DNA of 29,895 bases from a virus, in IMG/VR virus record IMGVR_UViG_3300017746_000089; one strand, given 5' to 3'. The first letter of the stretch is position 1. Every line of letters starts with the position of its first letter. The translations under genes and the position numbers were made by a program. Positions 17,336-23,401 of this stretch are shown piece after piece. The notes beneath the pieces are model-generated. The model was not told the origin of the DNA. It worked only from the letters and a program-made list of their open reading frames with translations, and did not search any database.

Positions 17336-17817
17336 AAAAAAAAAATTGATGACAAAACTGCATCCATTGGCATAGCTAATAAATTATCACTTGTATCAAC
17401 ATTGTATTCTTTTATTGAGTATCTATCTTTTAATTTGTTTTCTATTGGTCTGTATAATACGTTCATTGTCTTTTCCATATTTTCCCAATCTGCAATGTAA
17501 GTATCTACATCAATATATTCACCTAATGTTAATTCATCTAATTGTGGGTGGAAGCCATATTCAACACTATCAATTTTAAACCGTTGTACCAGCTTTGGTT
17601 TTTGCTCAAACAATGAATTGATCTTGTTTGTAATTTTATCAAAATCTGCCATCTTCAAACGCATAACGTTTTTAAGTTCAATATCACAAAATATTTCAAT
17701 AGCTTTAGCATTTAAAAAATGTGATTCTTCAGTTTGCTTTTGGATATTTAGAAACCTTTTGTATTGCCCTAAAGTAATATCAGATAACTTTGTTGGTATT
17801 TCAATATTAATATTCAT
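17167..17817 (-). CDS. First gene of the tail block; candidate tail assembly chaperone (frame-0 product, 216 aa)
   Basis: Contains the slippery sequence A-TTT-TTT-TTG at codons ~158-161. Overlaps the -1 ORF by 169 nt. Confidence 0.5.
   Translation of the reverse strand: MNINIEIPTKLSDITLGQYKRFLNIQKQTEESHFLNAKAIEIFCDIELKNVMRLKMADFDKITNKINSLFEQKPKLVQRFKIDSVEYGFHPQLDELTLGEYIDVDTYIADWENMEKTMNVLYRPIENKLKDRYSIKEYNVDTSDNLLAMPMDAVLSSIFFLWNLGIDLSKTILNYSELGEVTNLTHQQILAENGDGISQYTHSLMGILQDLKISPN
17336..17345 (-). other. T10 slippery run (U UUU UUU heptamer in frame 0), candidate -1 frameshift or transcriptional slippage site
   Basis: Frame 0 reads ATT TTT TTT TTG TGG. The -1 frame reads AAT TTT TTT TTT GTG GAA. 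Confidence 0.55.
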
Positions 17818-17820
17818 ATC

Positions 17821-17829
17821 TATATAACG
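17821..17829 (-). promoter_or_regulatory. CGTTATATA motif, copy D (minus strand: AATACGTTATATAGAT ATG)
   Basis: 3 nt upstream of the ATG of 17167-17817 and ~35 nt downstream of a terminator. Confidence 0.65.
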
Positions 17830-17864
17830 TATTTATTTAACTATTTTATAGTAGTAAATATAAT

Positions 17865-17891
17865 AAAAAAAAAGCAGCCATTTCTGACTGC
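17865..17891 (-). terminator. Intrinsic terminator ending the small-ORF cassette
   Basis: Minus-strand GCAGTCA-GAAA-TGGCTGC (GAAA tetraloop, one G-U pair) followed by T9. Confidence 0.8.
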
Positions 17892-17919
17892 CCTTTCCTT
17901 TCATAAAAAAAACTAACTA

Positions 17920-18045
17920 CTAAATCATACTTGCTTCAAAACAAGTTCCACAACATACACCTTTATCGGTTTGCATTGCAGCACCACATTCGCTGCATTC
18001 ATATTCTGCTTGTTCGTGTGGGTTTAAAAAATCATCCCAACTCAT
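17920..18045 (-). CDS. Small Cys-rich (zinc-ribbon-like) hypothetical protein (41 aa)
   Basis: Hand translation MSWDDFLNPHEQAEYECSECGAAMQTDKGVCCGTCFEASMI*. ATGA overlap upstream. Confidence 0.4.
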   Translation of the reverse strand: MSWDDFLNPHEQAEYECSECGAAMQTDKGVCCGTCFEASMI

Positions 18046-18173
18046 ATTCCAAAAAGTACTGATGCTAATGTTCTACATACAAAGTAGCACAATGCGAATA
18101 TTAAAAAATACTTTATTAACTTCTTAAAAATCTTTGCTGCTTTTTCAGCATTACTTGGTTTGTCTGTTTTCAT
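18042..18173 (-). CDS. Small membrane protein (43 aa)
   Basis: Hand translation MKTDKPSNAEKAAKIFKKLIKYFLIFALCYFVCRTLASVLFGI*. One hydrophobic helix. Confidence 0.4.
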   Translation of the reverse strand: MKTDKPSNAEKAAKIFKKLIKYFLIFALCYFVCRTLASVLFGI

Positions 18174-18177
18174 TTTG

Positions 18178-18336
18178 TTATATTCTTAAATCGTGAATTT
18201 CTTGTGGTGATAGTGAACTATCATCTACTAAATTCATCACTTTGTTTAAATCATTTATTTTAGTTCCTAAAAGATAGAAAGAACTACCGTAGTGCTTTCC
18301 AAATAATTCGCATAATGTGTTTAAAGATAATTTCAT
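18178..18336 (-). CDS. Small hypothetical protein (52 aa)
   Basis: Hand translation MKLSLNTLCELFGKHYGSSFYLLGTKINDLNKVMNLVDDSSLSPQEIHDLRI*. ATGA overlap upstream. Confidence 0.4.
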   Translation of the reverse strand: MKLSLNTLCELFGKHYGSSFYLLGTKINDLNKVMNLVDDSSLSPQEIHDLRI

Positions 18337-18488
18337 TTTGTTATGTTTTTAATTTGTACTATGTCTACCGTTCCATATTTTCTATGTACGTTTCTTAAAT
18401 ATACTTCAGCACAATCAATCTGTTCTTGATCATTAGAATATAAATAAGTTTTCAGTTGCTCGTTTATTTCTGTTAGTTCTGTTTGCAT
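18333..18488 (-). CDS. Small hypothetical protein (51 aa)
   Basis: Hand translation MQTELTEINEQLKTYLYSNDQEQIDCAEVYLRNVHRKYGTVDIVQIKNITK*. A-rich leader AAAATAAAACAAAATG. Confidence 0.4.
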   Translation of the reverse strand: MQTELTEINEQLKTYLYSNDQEQIDCAEVYLRNVHRKYGTVDIVQIKNITK

Positions 18489-18679
18489 TTTGTTTTATTT
18501 TTTATTTCTAAATACCAATTATATAAAAACTTGGATTGCTCTAAATCAATTATATTTACATCACTTATTTTTTTAGCCTTTTTGTTTTTTGGCATATCTT
18601 CAACACCATCAATTTCATTGTTAATTTCTTCAAGCAAATTATTGTAATCTTTTAAAAACTCTTTTGTTTCTATATTCAT
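18473..18679 (-). CDS. Small hypothetical protein (68 aa)
   Basis: ORF track. Preceded by an early-type leader TTTAAAAACAAACAAACAATG. Confidence 0.5.
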   Translation of the reverse strand: MNIETKEFLKDYNNLLEEINNEIDGVEDMPKNKKAKKISDVNIIDLEQSKFLYNWYLEIKNKTKCKQN

Positions 18680-18696
18680 TGTTTGTTTGTTTTTAA

Positions 18697-18712
18697 ATAT
18701 TGGGTTAAATCA
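18697..18712. repeat. Inverted-repeat arm (atattgggttaaatca)
   Basis: Reverse complement of 18832-18848, apart from one extra G in the partner arm. Confidence 0.85.
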
Positions 18713-18777
18713 CGAACCTACATTTTTGTCAGTTTACTACTTGTGCTAATTTTTTTTAATTCTGTTGGTTTTCTTTA

Positions 18778-18795
18778 GTATCTATATCTGTATCT
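18778..18795. repeat. Three tandem hexamers gtatct-atatct-gtatct
   Basis: Read directly. Lies inside the 119-nt spacer of the inverted repeat, next to an AATTTTTTTTAATT tract (18748-18761). Confidence 0.7.
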
Positions 18796-18831
18796 AATTA
18801 CTAACTCAATTCATTAATCTGCTACCCTCGC

Positions 18832-18848
18832 TGATTTCAACCCAATAT
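18832..18848. repeat. Inverted-repeat arm (tgatttcaacccaatat)
   Basis: Pairs with 18697-18712 (16 bp plus one bulged base). Confidence 0.85.
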
Positions 18849-18893
18849 GTTAAAGAACTTATTTAATTATACTGCAATATACAACTTTTTTAG

Positions 18894-18917
18894 TTATAAA
18901 CAAAATTATTGATAACT
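18894..18917 (-). promoter_or_regulatory. Promoter-like 24-nt element, copy 1 (minus strand: AGTTATCAATAATTTTGTTTATAA)
   Basis: 23/24 identical to 23594-23617. Contains TAATTTTG, which fits the Bacteroidota -7 consensus TAnnTTTG. Lies immediately after the terL stop. Confidence 0.5.
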
Positions 18918-18921
18918 TATT

Positions 18922-20130
18922 TTAAGAAACATAATAAGTTCCCCTATTAGGGTTTTGTAATTGGTATGAAACAGAATACCTTATGGCATCTATAATGTGG
19001 TTAAATTTATCTTGTGGTGTTTTACTTTTCTTTTCTAACCAAGAATAGTTGTTTAGTTCTTTTATTAAGTTGATACTGTTTTCTTCTATTACTAAATCAT
19101 AATCTTGTAATAAAGATATTCCATAGGTTATAGATCCAGCACCTTTAATTGATGCAACAACATTACAACCCTTTGCTTTTATTTCGTGAATTAATCTTGG
19201 TTCAGCACTATCACCAACTATTAAATTGTTTGCAGCGTGTTTTAAGTTCAGTTCAGCTATTTGTGATGTAGTAAGTCCTTTTAAATAAAAACATTCCTTT
19301 AAATAGATTATTTTGTTTGTAGTATCTATGTTGGTTTCTACTAAAGTATTTTCATCATTTGCAAAACCATAATCTTGACCAAAGACTGAAACACCTACTT
19401 TTTTAAATTCACCTATTGACCAATTAGTAAATATAACACCCTCTGCTTTTTCTAACCAACCCCCTAACATTTGATGCTTGTATTTATTCGGTCTACGTAT
19501 TTTAATGCTCTCTATCTGCTCTAAATAACTTTTTGATAGGTTTTCTACATTATCTAAATAAGTAGTGTGTATGTACGTTGTATTGCCTTTTGTGGTATTA
19601 CTGCCAGCTTGTACCCCTTTGTCTTGAAAGAATCTGTTGTATATCCAATGTTCTTTTGTAACTGGGTTTAATATAAGTATAACCCTATTTTTGTTTTTTA
19701 GGTTTCTAACTGATAAATCTATTTTATCAAAGATGTTTTCATCAACAAGTTCTTCTGCTTCATCCATAACCCACGTTGATATATTGGTAAGTGATTTTAG
19801 ATTTGCAGTTTGATCCCCACTTGATGTTTTGATACCTTTAAATATTATCTTACTTCCAGATAGCTTATTTATTATTTCGTTTTTAGTTATATAGAAATGG
19901 TCTTGTAATTCAAGTGTTTCTATTTTGTCTATAAATTCGGGTATAATAGATATGTATGCAGATGATAAAGTAAACCTTGTAAATAGAATTGTATGTCCTG
20001 CTTCAAATGTTAAAAGCAAAAGCAATAGGTTAATAGAATAAGATTTACCCGAACCTCTACCACCAGTTACAATAAAATACCTGGCATCAGATGTTTTTAT
20101 TGGTTCGTACTTTAAGTTTACATCTATCAC
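18922..20130 (-). CDS. terL: Terminase large subunit
   Basis: Walker A GGRGSGKS, Walker B-like VMDEAEEL, C-terminal nuclease-like half with conserved acidic residues. 402 aa; overlaps the terS stop. Confidence 0.9.
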   Translation of the reverse strand: MIDVNLKYEPIKTSDARYFIVTGGRGSGKSYSINLLLLLLTFEAGHTILFTRFTLSSAYISIIPEFIDKIETLELQDHFYITKNEIINKLSGSKIIFKGIKTSSGDQTANLKSLTNISTWVMDEAEELVDENIFDKIDLSVRNLKNKNRVILILNPVTKEHWIYNRFFQDKGVQAGSNTTKGNTTYIHTTYLDNVENLSKSYLEQIESIKIRRPNKYKHQMLGGWLEKAEGVIFTNWSIGEFKKVGVSVFGQDYGFANDENTLVETNIDTTNKIIYLKECFYLKGLTTSQIAELNLKHAANNLIVGDSAEPRLIHEIKAKGCNVVASIKGAGSITYGISLLQDYDLVIEENSINLIKELNNYSWLEKKSKTPQDKFNHIIDAIRYSVSYQLQNPNRGTYYVS

Positions 20131-20417
20131 TTAAACCTTATAATATCTTTAAAGTTTATATTAAAACCCTCACTTGAATTTATATCTACTTTTTCTTTTG
20201 GTTTACCATATCTATAACCAAAGTATAAAGACATTGCACGAGAATCACCTTTGAATATTTGTTTACCTAATGTTTTGATCACCTCATCATTATCAATTAG
20301 GTTATCTAATTTTTCAATTAGTTTTAGTTCATCAGCTTTCTTTGGTCTACCTGCACCCTCTCTTGCACCTCCGTTATTTTTTCTTTTATCCATATTGATA
20401 GTATTTTGTTTATTCAA
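20127..20417 (-). CDS. terS: Terminase small subunit. Start is either TTG 20417 or ATG 20393.
   Basis: The GGAREGAGRPKK N-terminal motif is common in small terminases. Directly upstream of terL and overlapping it. Confidence 0.6.
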   Translation of the reverse strand: MNKQNTINMDKRKNNGGAREGAGRPKKADELKLIEKLDNLIDNDEVIKTLGKQIFKGDSRAMSLYFGYRYGKPKEKVDINSSEGFNINFKDIIRFK

Positions 20418-20418
20418 T

Positions 20419-20427
20419 TATATAACG
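20419..20427 (-). promoter_or_regulatory. CGTTATATA motif, copy E (minus strand: AATACGTTATATAA TTG)
   Basis: 1 nt upstream of TTG 20417 and 25 nt upstream of ATG 20393 of terS. Confidence 0.6.
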
Positions 20428-20443
20428 TATTTAATTTGTGTTT

Positions 20444-21319
20444 TTAAAAAACTTTACAACCACTTCCACATTCACCCTCTAAATCAAATAAATCATTTTC
20501 ATAAATATATTCATCATTATAAATATTAAAAGGTTGTTCAGCCATCTTTACTAAATCTTCTATTGTTTTATATTTTCTATAAAAAGACATTCCGTTATTT
20601 TGTTTAAGTAAATCATTATAACTTGGTTTATCTTCAATTAATACATTCCCATATTTTTGGATCATATTATCCCACCATTCTGCTTTATTTGGTTCTTGTT
20701 TTATAATTGTCATTAGTTTTCTATTTGACTTTTCGAAACACATATCACAATTACCTTTATAAGCTGGTATATTTATTTTTATAGGTTGGTCTTTCCAAAA
20801 TCTATTACGTTGTCTTTTATCTATTTTTTTATCCATTAAAGGATAGAATACATTATTTTCTTTATAATCTTTTCTTACCCTATCCATTTCATCAATTCTT
20901 AAACCTACTGCTATTGAATAGTTATTTAAACCAAAAACACTATCAGCATATTTTTTTAATGGTCTTAACTTCATATCCCTATTACACCATTTATTTATGT
21001 TAGATGGTATTCCAAGTTTTTTTATTCCTTGTTCAAATATTTCACCTTTTGTTTTTAGGTTTTCATATTTAACTATATTAAAATCTACACCTACACCTTT
21101 TTCATTAAAACCAGCTTCAATCCATTTCATATTTATATTATAATATTTATTACATTTATTCATAAATATTAAACTTTCTTCGTGTTCTTTTGATGTGTTT
21201 GCCATAGCATAAATAATATTATGATTTGAAAACCACTCTTTTATTTTTATAGCCATCATAACACTACTATACCCAGCAGAAACAGAACAAAATATATTTG
21301 TATTGTTTTTTAATTTCAT
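20444..21319 (-). CDS. PP-loop ATPase superfamily protein, PAPS-reductase-like
   Basis: N-terminal FCSVSAGYSSVMM resembles the SGGxDS PP-loop. Four C-terminal Cys (GNCDMCFEKS, GECGSGCKVF) could bind an Fe-S cluster. Confidence 0.45.
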   Translation of the reverse strand: MKLKNNTNIFCSVSAGYSSVMMAIKIKEWFSNHNIIYAMANTSKEHEESLIFMNKCNKYYNINMKWIEAGFNEKGVGVDFNIVKYENLKTKGEIFEQGIKKLGIPSNINKWCNRDMKLRPLKKYADSVFGLNNYSIAVGLRIDEMDRVRKDYKENNVFYPLMDKKIDKRQRNRFWKDQPIKINIPAYKGNCDMCFEKSNRKLMTIIKQEPNKAEWWDNMIQKYGNVLIEDKPSYNDLLKQNNGMSFYRKYKTIEDLVKMAEQPFNIYNDEYIYENDLFDLEGECGSGCKVF

Positions 21320-21463
21320 TTAAAAGTCAAGTGTAAATGTTACTATAAATAAATATAGTTTTATAGTTCTATAATTATATTCTTCTGTTGCTTGTAAAAA
21401 CTCCCACCCTAACATAAATCTATCGTGTGGATAATGCAGTTGTATTTCTAATTCCCAATCCAT
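21320..21463 (-). CDS. Small hypothetical protein (47 aa)
   Basis: Hand translation MDWELEIQLHYPHDRFMLGWEFLQATEEYNYRTIKLYLFIVTFTLDF*. Its stop abuts the ATG of the next gene. Contains a perfect DnaA-box 9-mer. Confidence 0.3.
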   Translation of the reverse strand: MDWELEIQLHYPHDRFMLGWEFLQATEEYNYRTIKLYLFIVTFTLDF

Positions 21464-21475
21464 ATTTTATTTTTT

Positions 21476-22054
21476 TCATCTTAAACTTGCTCTTGCATCG
21501 GTTACTGTTGGTTCACCAATAATTATATCGTATACTTCTTTTCTTTGTTCATCTTTACGCTTCCATTCAAAAGACTTTAATACAAGTTCAGCACGTTCAT
21601 CATATACCTTTTTATCTTCATCAGATAGTTTTCTATATGCAGTTTCGTTTTTGGTTAGTTCGTAACCTAAATTTTTAGGTATTTTTAAAGCCAATAAATC
21701 GTTATACTTTTGTTTTAGTCTATTGTATTGTTCTGCATCTTTATAGTATGCTTTTACTTGATGACCTAATACTTCTATTCTATATATTTCATATAGGTTT
21801 GTTAGATGTTTATTTTGCATCAGTTCAGCATATAGTTTTTTCTTTGCGTGTAATACGGTTGCGTGATCTCTATTTACTGTTTGCCCTATTTTTTGTAATG
21901 ACCAGCTTGTAGTATCGGTTGCTATTTTAAAGTACAATGTTCTAAACAATACTACTTCTGCTTTCCTTGACCTTGTGCTTATATCATACCCACTATGTTT
22001 ATCTACATAGCTTTTTATTCTATTAAGTTCTATTTCGTGTTTTTGTATATCCAT
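21476..22054 (-). CDS. DnaA domain IV-like helix-turn-helix DNA-binding protein
   Basis: SRKAEVVLFRTLYFKIATDTTSWSLQKIGQTVNRDHATVLHAKKKL matches the DnaA C-terminal pattern (R..a.yL.r..t..Sl..IG..f.rDHsTVlha..k). Start taken at ATG 22054 (TAATG coupling) rather than track start 22087. Confidence 0.6.
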   Translation of the reverse strand: MDIQKHEIELNRIKSYVDKHSGYDISTRSRKAEVVLFRTLYFKIATDTTSWSLQKIGQTVNRDHATVLHAKKKLYAELMQNKHLTNLYEIYRIEVLGHQVKAYYKDAEQYNRLKQKYNDLLALKIPKNLGYELTKNETAYRKLSDEDKKVYDERAELVLKSFEWKRKDEQRKEVYDIIIGEPTVTDARASLR

Positions 22055-22767
22055 TAATTGGTTCTTAATTTTAAAAGGTTGTAGCACTCTATATATTTTT
22101 GTTTTGCTTTTCCTTTATATTGTTCTTTAAATAATTCGTATAACTTTTTTGTGTATTGGTATTTTGTTTGGCAATCTTCAAAATACTTTTGTGCAAACCT
22201 TACACCTTTACCTTTAAAGTAGTTTACATTATCAGCAGTATCTCCTACAATCATTTGTTCATAGAAATTATACAATGCTTCATCTTCTGAAATATCTAAT
22301 ACCTCTTTGTGCTTATAGTGATAGTTGTACATCAAGCAAGGAAATTGTTTGTAGTCTTTATCTATGCTCACTATCATTACTTCATCCCTACCTAATTCAT
22401 CGGTTAGTTCTTTCCAGTACCTTGCAACCATATCATCAGTTTCAATACCATAACCATATACTGAATCGTAATGTTCTTTTACAAATTTGTGCATTTCATT
22501 TAGTAATGGTGGTAGTTCTTGCTTTTTTCTATTGGCTTTATAATCGTTTGTTATAAGTTTTCTAAAGTTGCCCTTTGATCCACTAAAGGTTATTACCTTA
22601 TCTATTTGGTACATTTCTTCAAGGTGGTTTACTATTGACATATATTGCTCATCAAACTTTGCTCTTGCATCTTCTATATCTGTATAGTATTTTTCATCCT
22701 CTGGATGTTCACGTTTCTTATAACAAGCAGCGAATATTAAACTATCTGCATCTACTAATAATATCAT
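22054..22767 (-). CDS. 5'-3' exonuclease / flap endonuclease (PIN-like, T4 RNase H / T5 D15 type)
   Basis: MILLVDADSLIF, YKANRK, GIETDDMVA, SIDKDYKQ and VGDTADNV acidic-cluster motifs in the canonical order. Confidence 0.8.
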   Translation of the reverse strand: MILLVDADSLIFAACYKKREHPEDEKYYTDIEDARAKFDEQYMSIVNHLEEMYQIDKVITFSGSKGNFRKLITNDYKANRKKQELPPLLNEMHKFVKEHYDSVYGYGIETDDMVARYWKELTDELGRDEVMIVSIDKDYKQFPCLMYNYHYKHKEVLDISEDEALYNFYEQMIVGDTADNVNYFKGKGVRFAQKYFEDCQTKYQYTKKLYELFKEQYKGKAKQKYIECYNLLKLRTN

Positions 22768-22913
22768 TGTTTTACTGTTAGTTTTAAATAGTTTTTGTTT
22801 TGTGCTGGTCTTACTTGATATGTTATTGTTATATCAGTTATTTCTTTATCTTGTTCTGTAAAGTGTTCTATTTGCTCTTTTAAGCCTTTCCATACTGCAT
22901 TACTTACTTTCAT
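22764..22913 (-). CDS. Small hypothetical protein (49 aa)
   Basis: Start moved to ATG 22913 (ATGA coupling with the upstream stop). The track's longer N-terminus lies inside the upstream gene. Confidence 0.4.
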   Translation of the reverse strand: MKVSNAVWKGLKEQIEHFTEQDKEITDITITYQVRPAQNKNYLKLTVKQ

Positions 22914-23104
22914 CTGAATATACTTATTATTATATAGAAAAAAGTAAAATACCAAGACCATTGACATATTATTGCCAATATCAATATTAATGATTCTAAA
23001 ACTTCTGCAAGTTTTGAATATCCTTTATTTCTTAATTTATTAAGTTTTACGTATGATGGTACAAAGAAACTTAATACTATTAACCCTATTGCTATTTGTA
23101 TCAT
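22910..23104 (-). CDS. Small membrane protein (64 aa, two hydrophobic helices)
   Basis: MIQIAIGLIVLSFFVPSYV and LILILAIICQWSWYFTFFYIIISIF segments. Confidence 0.5.
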   Translation of the reverse strand: MIQIAIGLIVLSFFVPSYVKLNKLRNKGYSKLAEVLESLILILAIICQWSWYFTFFYIIISIFR

Positions 23105-23220
23105 TAGTAAAAATCTTGGTATATATCCATAACATTATTTTTTTCTTCAACTGTTAGTTCAGTTAAGCATTTATTGTATAACCTAAATGCTATTTTCATA
23201 AGTGTAGTTGTTCGTTCCAT
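23104..23220 (-). CDS. Small hypothetical protein (38 aa)
   Basis: Hand translation MERTTTLMKIAFRLYNKCLTELTVEEKNNVMDIYQDFY*. TAATG overlaps at both ends. Confidence 0.3.
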   Translation of the reverse strand: MERTTTLMKIAFRLYNKCLTELTVEEKNNVMDIYQDFY

Positions 23221-23384
23221 TATCTGTTTATTTTTTTATAACATTCATCAATAGTATCATATTTATTTTGTATCATATCCCTTTCAATTTCTATTTGTAA
23301 AAGTTCAAGCTGATGCAACAAATAACTATTATCAGTTGTTTTAGTTAAATCAATTAAATCTTGTATTCGTTTTTTGTGTAACAT
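23220..23384 (-). CDS. Small hypothetical protein (54 aa)
   Basis: Hand translation MLHKKRIQDLIDLTKTTDNSYLLHQLELLQIEIERDMIQNKYDTIDECYKKINR*. Conserved early leader upstream. Confidence 0.4.
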   Translation of the reverse strand: MLHKKRIQDLIDLTKTTDNSYLLHQLELLQIEIERDMIQNKYDTIDECYKKINR

Positions 23385-23401
23385 TTGTTTTGTTTTTTAA
23401 A

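Noticed and set aside
18700-18725. GGTTCG-containing stretch (minus strand TAGGTTCGTGATTTAACCC) that hinted at a tRNA T-arm
   Set aside because: No complementary T-stem, acceptor stem or anticodon arm could be built around it. It is part of the inverted-repeat arm instead.
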